A stretch of DNA of 64,000 nucleotides from Candidatus Marinacidobacterales bacterium (GTDB taxonomy: Bacteria > Acidobacteriota > Vicinamibacteria > Marinacidobacterales > SMYC01): positions 6,624,001-6,688,000 of the forward strand of contig OZ250169.1 in assembly GCA_965237955.1 (NCBI GenBank). The letters run 5' to 3'. The notes beneath the pieces were generated by a model, which saw only the letters and a list, made by a program, of their open reading frames with translations, was not told the origin of the DNA and made no database searches. Within the stretch, counting starts at the first letter, position 1. Every line of letters begins with the position of its first letter. Positions 16,700 to 26,266 of this stretch are shown in pieces. Made by a program: the position numbers and the translations under genes.

Positions 16700-18010
16700 C
16701 TAGCTGAAGAGCCCTGCCAGCTCAACCTCTAGCGCCGCCTCGGCCTCTTGTTGAGTCTCTCCTATCGCGATCACGTCTAGCTTTCCTGATTCCTGCAAAG
16801 GGCCGACGTTGTAGAGAATGAACCGTCCTTTGCCACTCGCGGGATGGTAGAGCTCACTTCTTAGCCGACTCTGCACTTCCTCGAAGGACGTGCCAACGAG
16901 ATGCTCGGATACATAGTCTTGAGCGCGGTACGGCGGCCGGTTACTCGGGACAAGACGGTCGACGAGAGACATCGGGATGCTCGTGCCGCCCCATCGACCA
17001 TTGCACTCGGTAAACCGCGCGCGCTCATCGTCGAGCACGATGAAATCAAACGAGCATCTTCCGACGTAGCCGAGCTCTTGCAGAGCCGTGGCCACTCGAG
17101 TTGACGCCGTCGCCAGCTCGACAGCAATCGGATGCGTGAGCGGACGACTGCCGACGAAAATCTTCTCGGGTCCTTTCAGGATCTGCTCGTAGACGCCTTC
17201 GACGATCGGCCGCCCCTGTCCGCGCGGTGGAATCCACGTTTGTGTGGACGGAGAAAGATCGGTTTCTTCCCACGCGACAGCGAGCACATCTTCCGCGCCG
17301 TCCCACTCGGTACGCTCGAGGAACGCGCACACGACGTCTTCGACGTCTTGTTCGAGGAGCTCGGCCGAATCGAAAACTTCATTCCCCATGGCCGAAGCAC
17401 AGCGGGTTCGCTTGAGACCGACGCGGGTACACGTCTTGGCGATCTCGCGAAGATGGTGCGCGATCACGCGAGGCTCACGTGCAATCTCGGTACGGACGAG
17501 CCACTCCTTCCCAAGTGTTTGCTCGACTAGCTCGCTGAAGGATTTTTTATCATTCGCGATCCACGTGACCGGAGGCGGCGGCCCGATGACTTTGACGGGC
17601 GCGTTCGCATCGGCTTCCACGCGCGCCGCCAGCTCCCATACCGGCTCGATGCTCATGTAGGGATGGATCAACAAGCCTCGCGCGGCGCGGGCGCGCTCGA
17701 CAATCTGCGCGAGCGCGGTGCCGCAGCCGCAAGCCTTCGCGACCGCGAGAGGTGACGTGACGATCTCCGCAATCACCGGCTCGGGCGAGCCCATGCGCAA
17801 AGCGTCGCGACAATACTCTTCATAGCCTTCGACGGGAGGGGTTACCGCGGCATAAAGGTCGCCGACGCCGGCGCGCACGCGTGCGCGGTGCTGGTACTCC
17901 TCGATCCCGATGATTTTGCCGAGAAACGGAATTTCAGAGACGTCGTCGAGGTAGAGCGTGGGGTAGCCGCTCTCGCCCCTCCAAAGGTGCTCTTCGTAGT
18001 TCGATCCCAT
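16700..18010 (-). CDS. ATP-grasp-like ligase (PGM1/pre-ATP-grasp peptide ligase-related)
   Basis: [46 protein letters not shown] (E-x-N-x-R). Confidence 0.7.
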   Translation of the reverse strand: MGSNYEEHLWRGESGYPTLYLDDVSEIPFLGKIIGIEEYQHRARVRAGVGDLYAAVTPPVEGYEEYCRDALRMGSPEPVIAEIVTSPLAVAKACGCGTALAQIVERARAARGLLIHPYMSIEPVWELAARVEADANAPVKVIGPPPPVTWIANDKKSFSELVEQTLGKEWLVRTEIAREPRVIAHHLREIAKTCTRVGLKRTRCASAMGNEVFDSAELLEQDVEDVVCAFLERTEWDGAEDVLAVAWEETDLSPSTQTWIPPRGQGRPIVEGVYEQILKGPEKIFVGSRPLTHPIAVELATASTRVATALQELGYVGRCSFDFIVLDDERARFTECNGRWGGTSIPMSLVDRLVPSNRPPYRAQDYVSEHLVGTSFEEVQSRLRSELYHPASGKGRFILYNVGPLQESGKLDVIAIGETQQEAEAALEVELAGLFS

Positions 18011-18029
18011 TGATTTACAATCCCAGATT

Positions 18030-18993
18030 ATGAGCCGTGTCGCACTCTATCTCCAGGACGCGCATCCTCTCGAGGATTGCATTCGCTTCGCGAGCTACGC
18101 CGAGGAAAAAGGATTCGAAGCCGTGTGGCAGGCGGAGAGCCGCCTCGTCCGGGACGCTATCGTTCCCATGGCCGCCTACGCGGCTGTCACGTCACGTATC
18201 AAAATCGGCTCGGGTGTCATCAATAACTGGACGCGCAATATCGGGCTTCTGGCCGCGACGTATTTGACCCTCGACGACCTCGCCCCCGACCGCATCTTGT
18301 GCGGCATCGGTGCGTGGTGGGATCCGCTCGCAAAAAACGTCGGCATCGACCGCCGGAAGCCATTGCTCGCAATGAAGGAGACCATCGAAGTCTTCCGCAA
18401 ACTGCTGCGGCTCGAGAACGTGACGTTCCACGGCGAGTTTCACCACGTGGACGGCATCGAGCTCGACGTCGTCCATGGCCGGCGCGAGCCTAGAAACGTT
18501 CCTGTGTTGATCGGTGCAACCGGAAACAAGATGCTCGAGCTCACCGGCGAGATCGCCGATGGCTGCTTACTGAACTACTGCGTCCCGCCGTCCTACAACG
18601 ACCGCGCGATGGAGCTCCTGACGGCGGGCGCCAAGAAAGCGGGCCGCAGCATCGATGACATCGACCGCCCGCAGCTCATCGTCTGTTCCGTCGACCACGA
18701 TCGCGCCCGCGCCATCGAAGGCGCCAAGGAGCTGATCACACAATACCTGGCGCAGCAACCTCACATCGCCAAAGCGTCCGGCGTCGACGACCAAAGAACA
18801 AATCCACGAAGCCATGCAATACGTCCCCGACGAGCTGATCCTGAACATCACCGCCACCGGAACCCCGGAAGAAGCGAAAGCCCGGGTCGAAGACTACAAG
18901 GCCAGAGGCTGCACCTGCCCTGTGCTTTACCCGTTGGGCGACGCAAAGCTGATGATCGACACCTTCGCCAACCGAGGCACAGCCGATGGCTGA
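18030..18993 (+). pseudogene. LLM-class (luciferase-like, possibly F420-dependent) oxidoreductase with a frameshifting deletion at ~18790
   Basis: [25 protein letters not shown]; the C-terminus [16 protein letters not shown]...[11 protein letters not shown] is in a shifted frame ending at TGA 18991-18993. Confidence 0.8.
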
Positions 18994-19009
18994 CGGCCGA
19001 TGGCCGACG
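18982..19009. repeat. Heptamer tandem repeat (GCYGAYG x4)
   Basis: gccgatg gctgacg gccgatg gccgacg between convergent genes. Confidence 0.7.
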
Positions 19010-19022
19010 GCGGAATCCCCGA

Positions 19023-20492
19023 CTATCTAATCATCGCCCTACCGGACTCCCCAGAGTAGTTAATGAACACCGTCTTCAGCTCGGTAAAGAAATTCAAACC
19101 CTCTTCCGACATCTCACGCTCGCCCACTCCGGTCGACTTCATCCCGCCGAACGGAAGCTGCGCTTCGCCGCCAATGGTCGGCTCGTTGACGTGCACCATC
19201 CCCGTTTCCACTTCAGCGATGAACCGCATCACGTGGTTCACGTCCTGAGTGAAAATCGATGTCGTCAGTCCGAACTCCACCGAGTTCGCCATCCGTAAGG
19301 CCTCGTCGATATCGTTTGCGCTCGCCACCGATAGCACCGGCCCAAACACCTCTTCTCGGAAGATACGCATCTCCGGACGCACGCCGTCGAAGATCGTCGG
19401 CTCGACGAAAAATCCGTTTTCGAGTCCCTTCGGCCTACCGCCTCCGCTGATGAGCCGTGCGCCTTCCTTCTTCGCGATCTCGATGTAGTCGAGATCCGTC
19501 TTGAACTGGCTCTCGTCCACGGCGGGCCCAATGTCGACGCTCTCGTCGGCACCGGGGCCGACTTTCATCTTCTTGGTGAGCTCGGTAATGCGCTCGACGA
19601 GCTCTTCCTTCGTCGACTCGAGCGCGATGACACGCGACGTCGCGGTACAACGCTGCCCGGTCGAGCCGAACGCGCCATCTCGGATCGCCACCGCCGCCTT
19701 CTCGAGATCCGCATCGGGCATCACGACCACGGCGTTTTTTCCACCCATCTCGCACGTGACTTTCGCGCCGCGCGACGCCGCTTTGACGTACAAGTCGCCC
19801 CCCACGCTATTCGAGCCCGTAAAGGAAATGATCGGGATATGGGTTGAATTCACGATCGCCTCGCCGACGGTCGAGCCCGGTCCGACCACGACATTGAAAA
19901 CGCCGGGCGGAAGCCCCGCTTCTTCGTAAATCTCCGCGAGAACGGCGGCGGTCGCCGGGGTCAACGCGGCCGGTTTGAACACGACCGCGTTCCCTGCCAC
20001 GAGCGCGGGCGCGGACTTCCACACCGGGATGGCCCAGGGGAAGTTCCACGGCGAGATGAGCCCGACGACGCCCACCGGTTGACGGATGGTGTAAGTGAAG
20101 GTGTCCCGGATCTCCGAGGGGAGCGTCTTGCCGCCCATACGGAAACCGGCGCCGGCGTAGTACTCGATGAGGGAGATGCCCTTCGCGACCTCGCCGCGAG
20201 CTTCACGGAAGATCTTGCCTTCTTCACGCGTCATCAACCGCGCGATCTCGTCCGCGCGTCCGCGCGCGATCTCCGCCGCCCGCCACAGCACACGACCCCG
20301 TTTAGGTCCAGGCGTCTTCTTCCACGCCGGAAACGCCTGACGGGCCGCCTCGATCGCACGCTCCGCGTCGATGGCCGTTGCCATTGGAAATTCGGCGATC
20401 ACGTCGTTCGTGTTCGCCGGGTTCACGTTGGTGATGAGCCGGTCCGATTCCGGCTGAAACCATTTCCCATCGATATAAGAACCGGTGTGCAT
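19023..20492 (-). CDS. Aldehyde dehydrogenase family (ketoglutarate semialdehyde dehydrogenase-like)
   Basis: [30 protein letters not shown]; SD GGAGG before the ATG at 20492. Confidence 0.92.
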   Translation of the reverse strand: MHTGSYIDGKWFQPESDRLITNVNPANTNDVIAEFPMATAIDAERAIEAARQAFPAWKKTPGPKRGRVLWRAAEIARGRADEIARLMTREEGKIFREARGEVAKGISLIEYYAGAGFRMGGKTLPSEIRDTFTYTIRQPVGVVGLISPWNFPWAIPVWKSAPALVAGNAVVFKPAALTPATAAVLAEIYEEAGLPPGVFNVVVGPGSTVGEAIVNSTHIPIISFTGSNSVGGDLYVKAASRGAKVTCEMGGKNAVVVMPDADLEKAAVAIRDGAFGSTGQRCTATSRVIALESTKEELVERITELTKKMKVGPGADESVDIGPAVDESQFKTDLDYIEIAKKEGARLISGGGRPKGLENGFFVEPTIFDGVRPEMRIFREEVFGPVLSVASANDIDEALRMANSVEFGLTTSIFTQDVNHVMRFIAEVETGMVHVNEPTIGGEAQLPFGGMKSTGVGEREMSEEGLNFFTELKTVFINYSGESGRAMIR

Positions 20493-20601
20493 CCAAACCT
20501 CCAAAAACATACGTTAACATAGCGCGGCGAACTCGGACTCTACCGGTGAGCTTTCGAAACTGAGTTGCACTGCCATAGAGAGCGCCTTTATTCTCCCTCT
20601 C

Positions 20602-21996
20602 ATGGAGATCGACAAAGTCATCAAAGGTGGAACCATCGTCACCGCCGACGACATGTATCCGGCGGACATCGGTATTACGAACGGACGCATTGTCGCGATT
20701 GGCATGGAGCTCGAAGGTGCAGAGACGATCGACGCCGCGAGCAAGTACGTCATGCCCGGCGGGATCGACGTCCATACGCATCTCGACATGCCGTTTGGAG
20801 GCACGACCACGGCCGACGATTGGGAGAGCGGGACGATTGCTGCTGCCTGCGGCGGCACCACGACGCTCATCGATTTCGCGATCCAGGATTTCGGAAACAC
20901 GCTCCACGCCGGTGTCGACGCCTGGCACAAGCGCGCCGAAGACCGTGCCGCGATCGACTACGCGTTCCACATTATCGTGCGCGAGCTCCGCGAGTCGCAC
21001 CTGAAGGAAATGGACGAGCTCGTCGACGACGGCATCACCAGCTTCAAGCTCTTCATGGCCTACCCCGGCGTCTTCATGGTCGACGACGCCACGATTTTCA
21101 AAGCGATGCTGCGCACCAAAGACAACGGCGGGCTCATCTGCATGCACGCGGAAAACGGCAGCGTCATCGACGCGCTCGTCGAGCGCGCGCTCAAAGAGGG
21201 CCACACCGAACCCAAGTGGCATGCGCTGACCCGCCCGATGAGCGCCGAGGCCGAAGCGACACACCGAACGATCGCTCTCGCCGAGATGGCCGGTGTGCCC
21301 GCCTACATCGTTCACTTGTCGGCAGGAGACGCGATGGAAGAAGTGCGGCGAGCGCGCGAGCGAGGCCTTCCGGTGTTCGCCGAGACGTGCCCGCAGTACC
21401 TGTTCCTCTCCTACGAAGATTACGAGAAGCCGGGATTCGAGGGCGCGAAATACGTGATGTCCCCTCCCCTTCGCCCCAAAGGCAACGAAGAACGGCTGTG
21501 GAACGGCCTGCAAACCGACGCGCTCCAAGCGGTGTCCACCGACCATTGCAGCTTCTGTATGAAGGAACAGAAAGAGCTCGGCAAGAACGATTTCACGAAG
21601 ATCCCGAATGGTGCGCCCGGGATCGAGAACCGCTTGATGCTACTCTACGACGGCGGTGTGAACGGCGGCCGCATCAGCCCCAACCGTTTCGTCGAGCTCG
21701 TCTCGACGCGGCCCGCCAAGATCTTCGGACTCTATCCGCGCAAAGGATCGATCACCATCGGAGCCGACGCCGATCTTCTCCTCTGGGACCCCAAGCGAAA
21801 GTGGACCATCAGCGCCGATACCCATCGTATGAAGGTCGACTACAGCGCTTACGAAGGCCGCGAAGTCACCGGTATCCCCGACAAGGTGCTGCTCCGAGGC
21901 GATATCATCGTCGACGATCAAAAATACGTCGGCAACATCAAGCAGGGCTCGTTCGTGAAGCGCGAGCCCGGCTCAGCACGAACGCCCGAAGGGTAG
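20602..21996 (+). CDS. hydA: Dihydropyrimidinase/D-hydantoinase
   Basis: PGGIDVHTHLDMPF, SFKLFMAY, MHAENG, ETCPQYL, MSPPLR, STDHC, IPNGAPG. Confidence 0.93.
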   Translation: MEIDKVIKGGTIVTADDMYPADIGITNGRIVAIGMELEGAETIDAASKYVMPGGIDVHTHLDMPFGGTTTADDWESGTIAAACGGTTTLIDFAIQDFGNTLHAGVDAWHKRAEDRAAIDYAFHIIVRELRESHLKEMDELVDDGITSFKLFMAYPGVFMVDDATIFKAMLRTKDNGGLICMHAENGSVIDALVERALKEGHTEPKWHALTRPMSAEAEATHRTIALAEMAGVPAYIVHLSAGDAMEEVRRARERGLPVFAETCPQYLFLSYEDYEKPGFEGAKYVMSPPLRPKGNEERLWNGLQTDALQAVSTDHCSFCMKEQKELGKNDFTKIPNGAPGIENRLMLLYDGGVNGGRISPNRFVELVSTRPAKIFGLYPRKGSITIGADADLLLWDPKRKWTISADTHRMKVDYSAYEGREVTGIPDKVLLRGDIIVDDQKYVGNIKQGSFVKREPGSARTPEG

Positions 21997-22066
21997 ACCA
22001 TCAGCCGTAATAGCCGAACGCCACCCAGCCAGACTCGATTTTAACGCCCGAAAGCCTCGCGACGGT

Positions 22067-22109
22067 TTGACACATATCTATCGACACATGATTCTCGACA
22101 GAGTATACT
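22067..22109 (+). promoter_or_regulatory. TA promoter with three direct repeats (putative operator)
   Basis: T(T/C)GACA at 22067, 22081 and 22095 (14-bp period); TCGACA-17-TATACT, then ATG 7 nt later. Confidence 0.6.
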
Positions 22110-22116
22110 TCACACA

Positions 22117-22384
22117 ATGGCAAAAAACGAAGAAGGTGCAGGTGACCCTTGATGAGGCGCGATACAAAGAGCTCGCCGACATCGCCCAAAGAGAAGGAAG
22201 GAAGCTGGCAAGCATTGTAAGGGAATCGATCGAACAATACGCTCTCGCCCCCGAGGCGGATCGCAACAAGCGCGAAGCGTTAGAGGAACTTTTTGCGCTA
22301 GAGCCCACTCCTCGGCCCAAGAACTACAAAGACTGGAAGCGCGAATACGGTGGCCGTAAAACGAAGAGCGAAGAAAAAAACTGA
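22117..22384 (+). CDS. RHH/CopG-type antitoxin (apparent +1 frameshift in an A6 run just after the ATG)
   Basis: KTKKVQVTLDEARYKELADIAQREGRKLASIVRESIEQY; ATG 22117 is out of frame by one A. Alternative in-frame GTG at 22136. Confidence 0.7.
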
Positions 22385-22805
22385 CAAAGACGCGTACTTC
22401 TTGGACGCAAGCGTACTCATGTACGCGGCCGGCGGACCGCATCCGCTACGAGAGCTGTGCCGAACGACGCTCGAGCTCGCCGTCACGCGCCGTGTTCGAT
22501 TAGTAAGCAGCTCCGAAGTGCTGCAGGAGATTCTCCACCGATATTTCTCGATTGGACGGCCGGACGCAGCGCGTACCGTCTATCGAGCCGCCACGACATT
22601 GTGCGCGGACATTCTTGCGATTGATATCCAACACACCAATCGAGCCCTCGAGCTACTTCTCGAATCCCCTCAGCTCTCCCCCCGAGACGCAGTTCACGTA
22701 GCGACGATGGAATCACATGGATTGCGACGAATACTCACGACCGATCGAGATTTCGATTCGATCGAAAGCGTCGATCGTATCGAGCCAGCCTATTTTGTTT
22801 CGTAG
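22350..22805 (+). CDS. vapC: VapC/PIN-domain toxin
   Basis: FLDASVLMYAAG, SSEVLQEILHRY, RDAVHVATM, TTDRDFD. Confidence 0.88.
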   Translation: MAVKRRAKKKTDKDAYFLDASVLMYAAGGPHPLRELCRTTLELAVTRRVRLVSSSEVLQEILHRYFSIGRPDAARTVYRAATTLCADILAIDIQHTNRALELLLESPQLSPRDAVHVATMESHGLRRILTTDRDFDSIESVDRIEPAYFVS

Positions 22806-22826
22806 CGTGCTGCCCGGACGGAGCTC

Positions 22827-23777
22827 CTAAATGTCCAGCGCCCTACCTCGTCCCTGCTCGCGGCCCGCTTCGTACACGTGCTTGGCGGCGGCGAGGTCTT
22901 CGATGGCTAGGCCCTGGGACTCGAAGAGCGTAATGTCGTCGTCGTTCTGACGCGCTGTCGTGTTGCCGGCCACCACGTCGGCGAACTCGTGGACGTCGTC
23001 CCACGAGATGCCGCCCGATTCCACCACGTCGGCGAGATCGCCGCATTCGATCTTCGCTTGCTCGACAGAGTCAGTAGCGATGAAGCTCGAGCTCGTCACC
23101 GCGTCGGCATCGATCTCGAGGCGGCGGAGATTGTTCGATCCCGCGGCGTTTATGTGCTGGCCCGGACGGAGCCACTCCCCCCTCAACACGGGCTCACGGG
23201 AATTGGTGACGGTGACAATGATATCGACATCGGCCGTGACCGCTTCGGGGCTGTCGCACGGTGTCACCGGAAGCCCGAGCGTCTCGGACATTTCCTCGCA
23301 GAACTTCTCCCGCCGCTCTTGGTTGCGCCCGTACGCCACCACCGATTCAATCGATCTCACGACAACGATGGCCTCGAGCTGGGAGCGCGCCTGCCAACCA
23401 GTGCCGTAGATGCCGACTCGGGATGCCGCCTCGCGGGCCAGGTAGCGCGTCGCAACGCCGCTCGCGGCGCCGGTCCGGATCTGGCCCAGCCGATCGGCCT
23501 CCATCAACGAGACCAGCTCACCGCTCGCGGCATCGAACATCAGGAAGTGAAACCGCGCTCCCGACGGGCCCGTCGTGTAGGCCTTGAGCCCGACATAGCC
23601 GAGCGCACTGCTGCCCGCGGGCAGCACATGCAGCATGAGCTTGTCGGCCCGAACCCGTTGCCGGGGTTTGTTCATCGCGTCGCCACTCGCGAGGAGGCGG
23701 AAGGCTTCGTCGACGCACGCGAGAGCGTCTTTCATCGTCAACAGCTCGCCGACATCGTCTTCGCTAAAGAACTGCAC
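22827..23777 (-). CDS. Ornithine cyclodeaminase/mu-crystallin family protein
   Basis: GLKAY, LGQIRTGAASGVA, GTGWQA, HINAAGSN, LFESQGLAIED. Confidence 0.9.
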   Translation of the reverse strand: MQFFSEDDVGELLTMKDALACVDEAFRLLASGDAMNKPRQRVRADKLMLHVLPAGSSALGYVGLKAYTTGPSGARFHFLMFDAASGELVSLMEADRLGQIRTGAASGVATRYLAREAASRVGIYGTGWQARSQLEAIVVVRSIESVVAYGRNQERREKFCEEMSETLGLPVTPCDSPEAVTADVDIIVTVTNSREPVLRGEWLRPGQHINAAGSNNLRRLEIDADAVTSSSFIATDSVEQAKIECGDLADVVESGGISWDDVHEFADVVAGNTTARQNDDDITLFESQGLAIEDLAAAKHVYEAGREQGRGRALDI

Positions 23778-23832
23778 ACCATGGTGATTCTTTGACACCT
23801 CCACGACTGAATGATAGATCAAAGCTATTCAC

Positions 23833-24354
23833 ATGAGCACGCCTTTCGAGCAAACGTTGGAGTTCCGCTTCTGTCCGAAGTGCGGCGCGGGACTCGTATC
23901 GAAGCGCCTCAAAGATCACGAGCCCGAGCGTATGGTGTGCAAGAAATGCGAGTTCGTTCTGTTCCACGACCCGAAGCTCGCCGCTGGGACACTGTTTCAG
24001 CAGGACGCGAAGTTCGTTCTCCTGAGGCGCGCGATCGAGCCCGGCTACGGCAAGTGGGTATTCCCGGGCGGGTTCGTCGACCGGGGCGAAACCGTCAAGG
24101 ACGCGGCCATCCGCGAGACGCGCGAAGAAGCGAACGTCGACGTCGGCATCCGTGAGCTCATTGACGTGTACTCCTACCCGGGCTCGCCCGTCGTCGTCGT
24201 CGTTTACGCGGCCGACATTCTAGGAGGTGACTTGAAAGCAGCCGACGAGACTCTCGAAGTGAAGACGTTCGACCAAGCCGACATCCCCTGGGACGAGCTC
24301 GCGTTTCCGAGCACCCGTGACGCGTTAAAAGCTTACATCTCGAGATTCTTATGA
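23833..24354 (+). CDS. Nudix hydrolase with N-terminal zinc ribbon
   Basis: FCPKCG...CKKC; GGFVDRGETVKDAAIRETREE Nudix box. Confidence 0.9.
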   Translation: MSTPFEQTLEFRFCPKCGAGLVSKRLKDHEPERMVCKKCEFVLFHDPKLAAGTLFQQDAKFVLLRRAIEPGYGKWVFPGGFVDRGETVKDAAIRETREEANVDVGIRELIDVYSYPGSPVVVVVYAADILGGDLKAADETLEVKTFDQADIPWDELAFPSTRDALKAYISRFL

Positions 24355-25127
24355 ACCGTTTTGCAGAAAAAGTCGCACTCGTTACCGGTGCGAGCCGTGG
24401 CATTGGCCGGGCCATTGCCGAGGCCTATCTCGAAGAGGGCGCCAAGGTGGCTCTTTGCGCCCGTACCGTTTCTGAACTCGAATCGCTTGCCGATGCGTGG
24501 AACCAGAAAGGGCGGCGCGCGCTCGCACTCGAATGCGACGTGACGTCGAAAGAATCCGTCGCGCGTGCGGTGGGCGAGCTCGAATCGAGCTGGGGCAAGC
24601 TCCACATCGTGGTGAACAACGCGGGCATCTCCGGCAGAACCCCGTTAACGGAAGACTCCGCCGAACTGTGGCAGCGGATCCTCGACGTCAATCTCACCGG
24701 GAGCTACAACGTGACCCGGGCCGCGCTCGATCTCATGAGCTCCGGGGACGGCCGCATCGTCAACATGTCGTCGGTACTCGGCCGATTCGGCGTGCCCGGC
24801 TACACAGCGTACTGCACGTCGAAACACGGCATCATCGGATTCACCCGCGCGCTCGCGCTCGAGCTCGCGCCCCGCGGCATCACCGTGAACGCCATTTGCC
24901 CCGGCTGGGTCCAGACCGACATGGCCGACAAGGGGATCCAGGAAACCGCAGATGTCCTCGGGATGAGTGCGGTCGCGTTTCGCGAGCAGGCGATCGAAGG
25001 CGTTCCTCTGAAACGCTTCATCGATCCGCCCGAGATCGCGAAGCTCGCACTGTATCTCACCTCGGAGGAGGCGTCCGCCGTCACCGGCCAGGCTTACAAT
25101 ATTTGCGGCGGGCAGGTGATGAATTGA
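24351..25127 (+). CDS. Short-chain dehydrogenase/reductase
   Basis: TGASRGIG, NNAG, YCTSK, CPGWV. Confidence 0.92.
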   Translation: MNRFAEKVALVTGASRGIGRAIAEAYLEEGAKVALCARTVSELESLADAWNQKGRRALALECDVTSKESVARAVGELESSWGKLHIVVNNAGISGRTPLTEDSAELWQRILDVNLTGSYNVTRAALDLMSSGDGRIVNMSSVLGRFGVPGYTAYCTSKHGIIGFTRALALELAPRGITVNAICPGWVQTDMADKGIQETADVLGMSAVAFREQAIEGVPLKRFIDPPEIAKLALYLTSEEASAVTGQAYNICGGQVMN

Positions 25128-25168
25128 AGCGCAAAGTTCCGGTTTTCTTCTACGGCTCGTTCATCCTG
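25124..25168 (+). pseudogene. 5' stub of a gamma-glutamylcyclotransferase-like gene
   Basis: TTG coupled to the SDR stop reads MKRKVPVFFYGSFI (FxYGS motif), then similarity is lost. Confidence 0.35.
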
Positions 25169-25212
25169 GTACGCGGATCACATACGCGGCTTCGTCTGAT
25201 ACGATCTCCCCC

Positions 25213-25422
25213 ATGGTCAAGATTTACGGCAAAGCTGGATGACCCTACACCGCCCAGGCCCGTGAGGCCTATGCGGACCAAGAAGTCGAGTATTTCGATG
25301 TGAAGGCCGACCCTGCACGCATGGAAGAAATGCTCTCGGTGAGCGGCGGCGAAAGAGCCGTACCCGTCATCGTCGACGGCGACAACGTTACCGTCGGCCA
25401 CGGCGGGACGTGAGCCGTTTGA
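25213..25422 (+). CDS. Glutaredoxin-like selenoprotein with two in-frame UGA codons (UXX-star type), 69 aa
   Basis: [69 protein letters not shown]; TGA at 25240 and 25411, each followed by a hairpin. Confidence 0.85.
25250..25276 (+). promoter_or_regulatory. Candidate bacterial SECIS element 1
   Basis: CCGC..AGGCC-CGTGA-GGCCT..GCGG stem-loop starting 7 nt after UGA 25240-25242. Confidence 0.5.
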
Positions 25423-25423
25423 C

Positions 25424-25440
25424 GCTGGCAGTTCGCCAGC
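25424..25440 (+). promoter_or_regulatory. Candidate bacterial SECIS element 2
   Basis: GCTGGC-AGTTC-GCCAGC, 10 nt after UGA 25411-25413. Confidence 0.45.
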
Positions 25441-25456
25441 CCAACCTCTCTTACCG

Positions 25457-26239
25457 ATGACCCGTCCGGAGTGGAAACACGTCATCGGCATCATCGGTGG
25501 CCTCGGCCCGCACGCGCACGTCGAGTTCGAAGTCTTGCTCCTGTTTGCGACCGAGAAAGCGCTCGGACGCCCGCCTCTCGACCAGGACTACCCGCCATGG
25601 GTGTTGTCGTCGATACCGACGACACCCGATCGAACCGGTGCATTGCTCGTGAACAGTGAGTCTCCGGTCGAAGCCCTCGTCCGAAGTGCGGAGCGTTTGA
25701 GCGAAGCGGACTTCGGCGTCATCCCGTGCAACACGGCGCATGCGTTTTTGGATGACGTTCGAGAGCGCGTCGCTCTCCCGTTTCTCGATATGGTCCGCGT
25801 CACCGCCGAGCAAGCGGTAAGCGACGTCGGCCGGCAAGGAACCATCGGTATCCTCGCAGCATCGGGCACGCTGCAATCCGGCCTGTACTCGAAATGGATC
25901 GGCAAGCTCGCGCCCGATGCGCGTGTGATCTCACCCCTCGACCTCGACAACGGAGACGAGCTGCAGGAACGTCTCGTCATGGAGCCGATCTACGGCCCGC
26001 GGGGCATCAAAGCCGGCGCTTTTCGAGATCCGGCGCGTCGAGACGAGCTAGCCGAGCCAATGAGGGAGGCCACCCTCAAATTGGCCGAGGCGGGCGCCGA
26101 GGTCGTGTTGACGGCGTGCACCGAGATACCGCTCGTCCTCGGCCGCGACGGTGTCGATGCTATCCCGCTCATCGACCCGATGGCGGTGGCTGCCGAACGT
26201 GCCATCGACGTTGCCCTCGGACGCGACGCGCTCCCTTAG
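25457..26239 (+). CDS. Aspartate/glutamate racemase family protein
   Basis: IGIIGGLGP, PDRT, IPCNTAH, ACTEIP. Confidence 0.9.
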   Translation: MTRPEWKHVIGIIGGLGPHAHVEFEVLLLFATEKALGRPPLDQDYPPWVLSSIPTTPDRTGALLVNSESPVEALVRSAERLSEADFGVIPCNTAHAFLDDVRERVALPFLDMVRVTAEQAVSDVGRQGTIGILAASGTLQSGLYSKWIGKLAPDARVISPLDLDNGDELQERLVMEPIYGPRGIKAGAFRDPARRDELAEPMREATLKLAEAGAEVVLTACTEIPLVLGRDGVDAIPLIDPMAVAAERAIDVALGRDALP

Positions 26240-26266
26240 GGTCCTCCCACCAGTTATACTTTTTCA

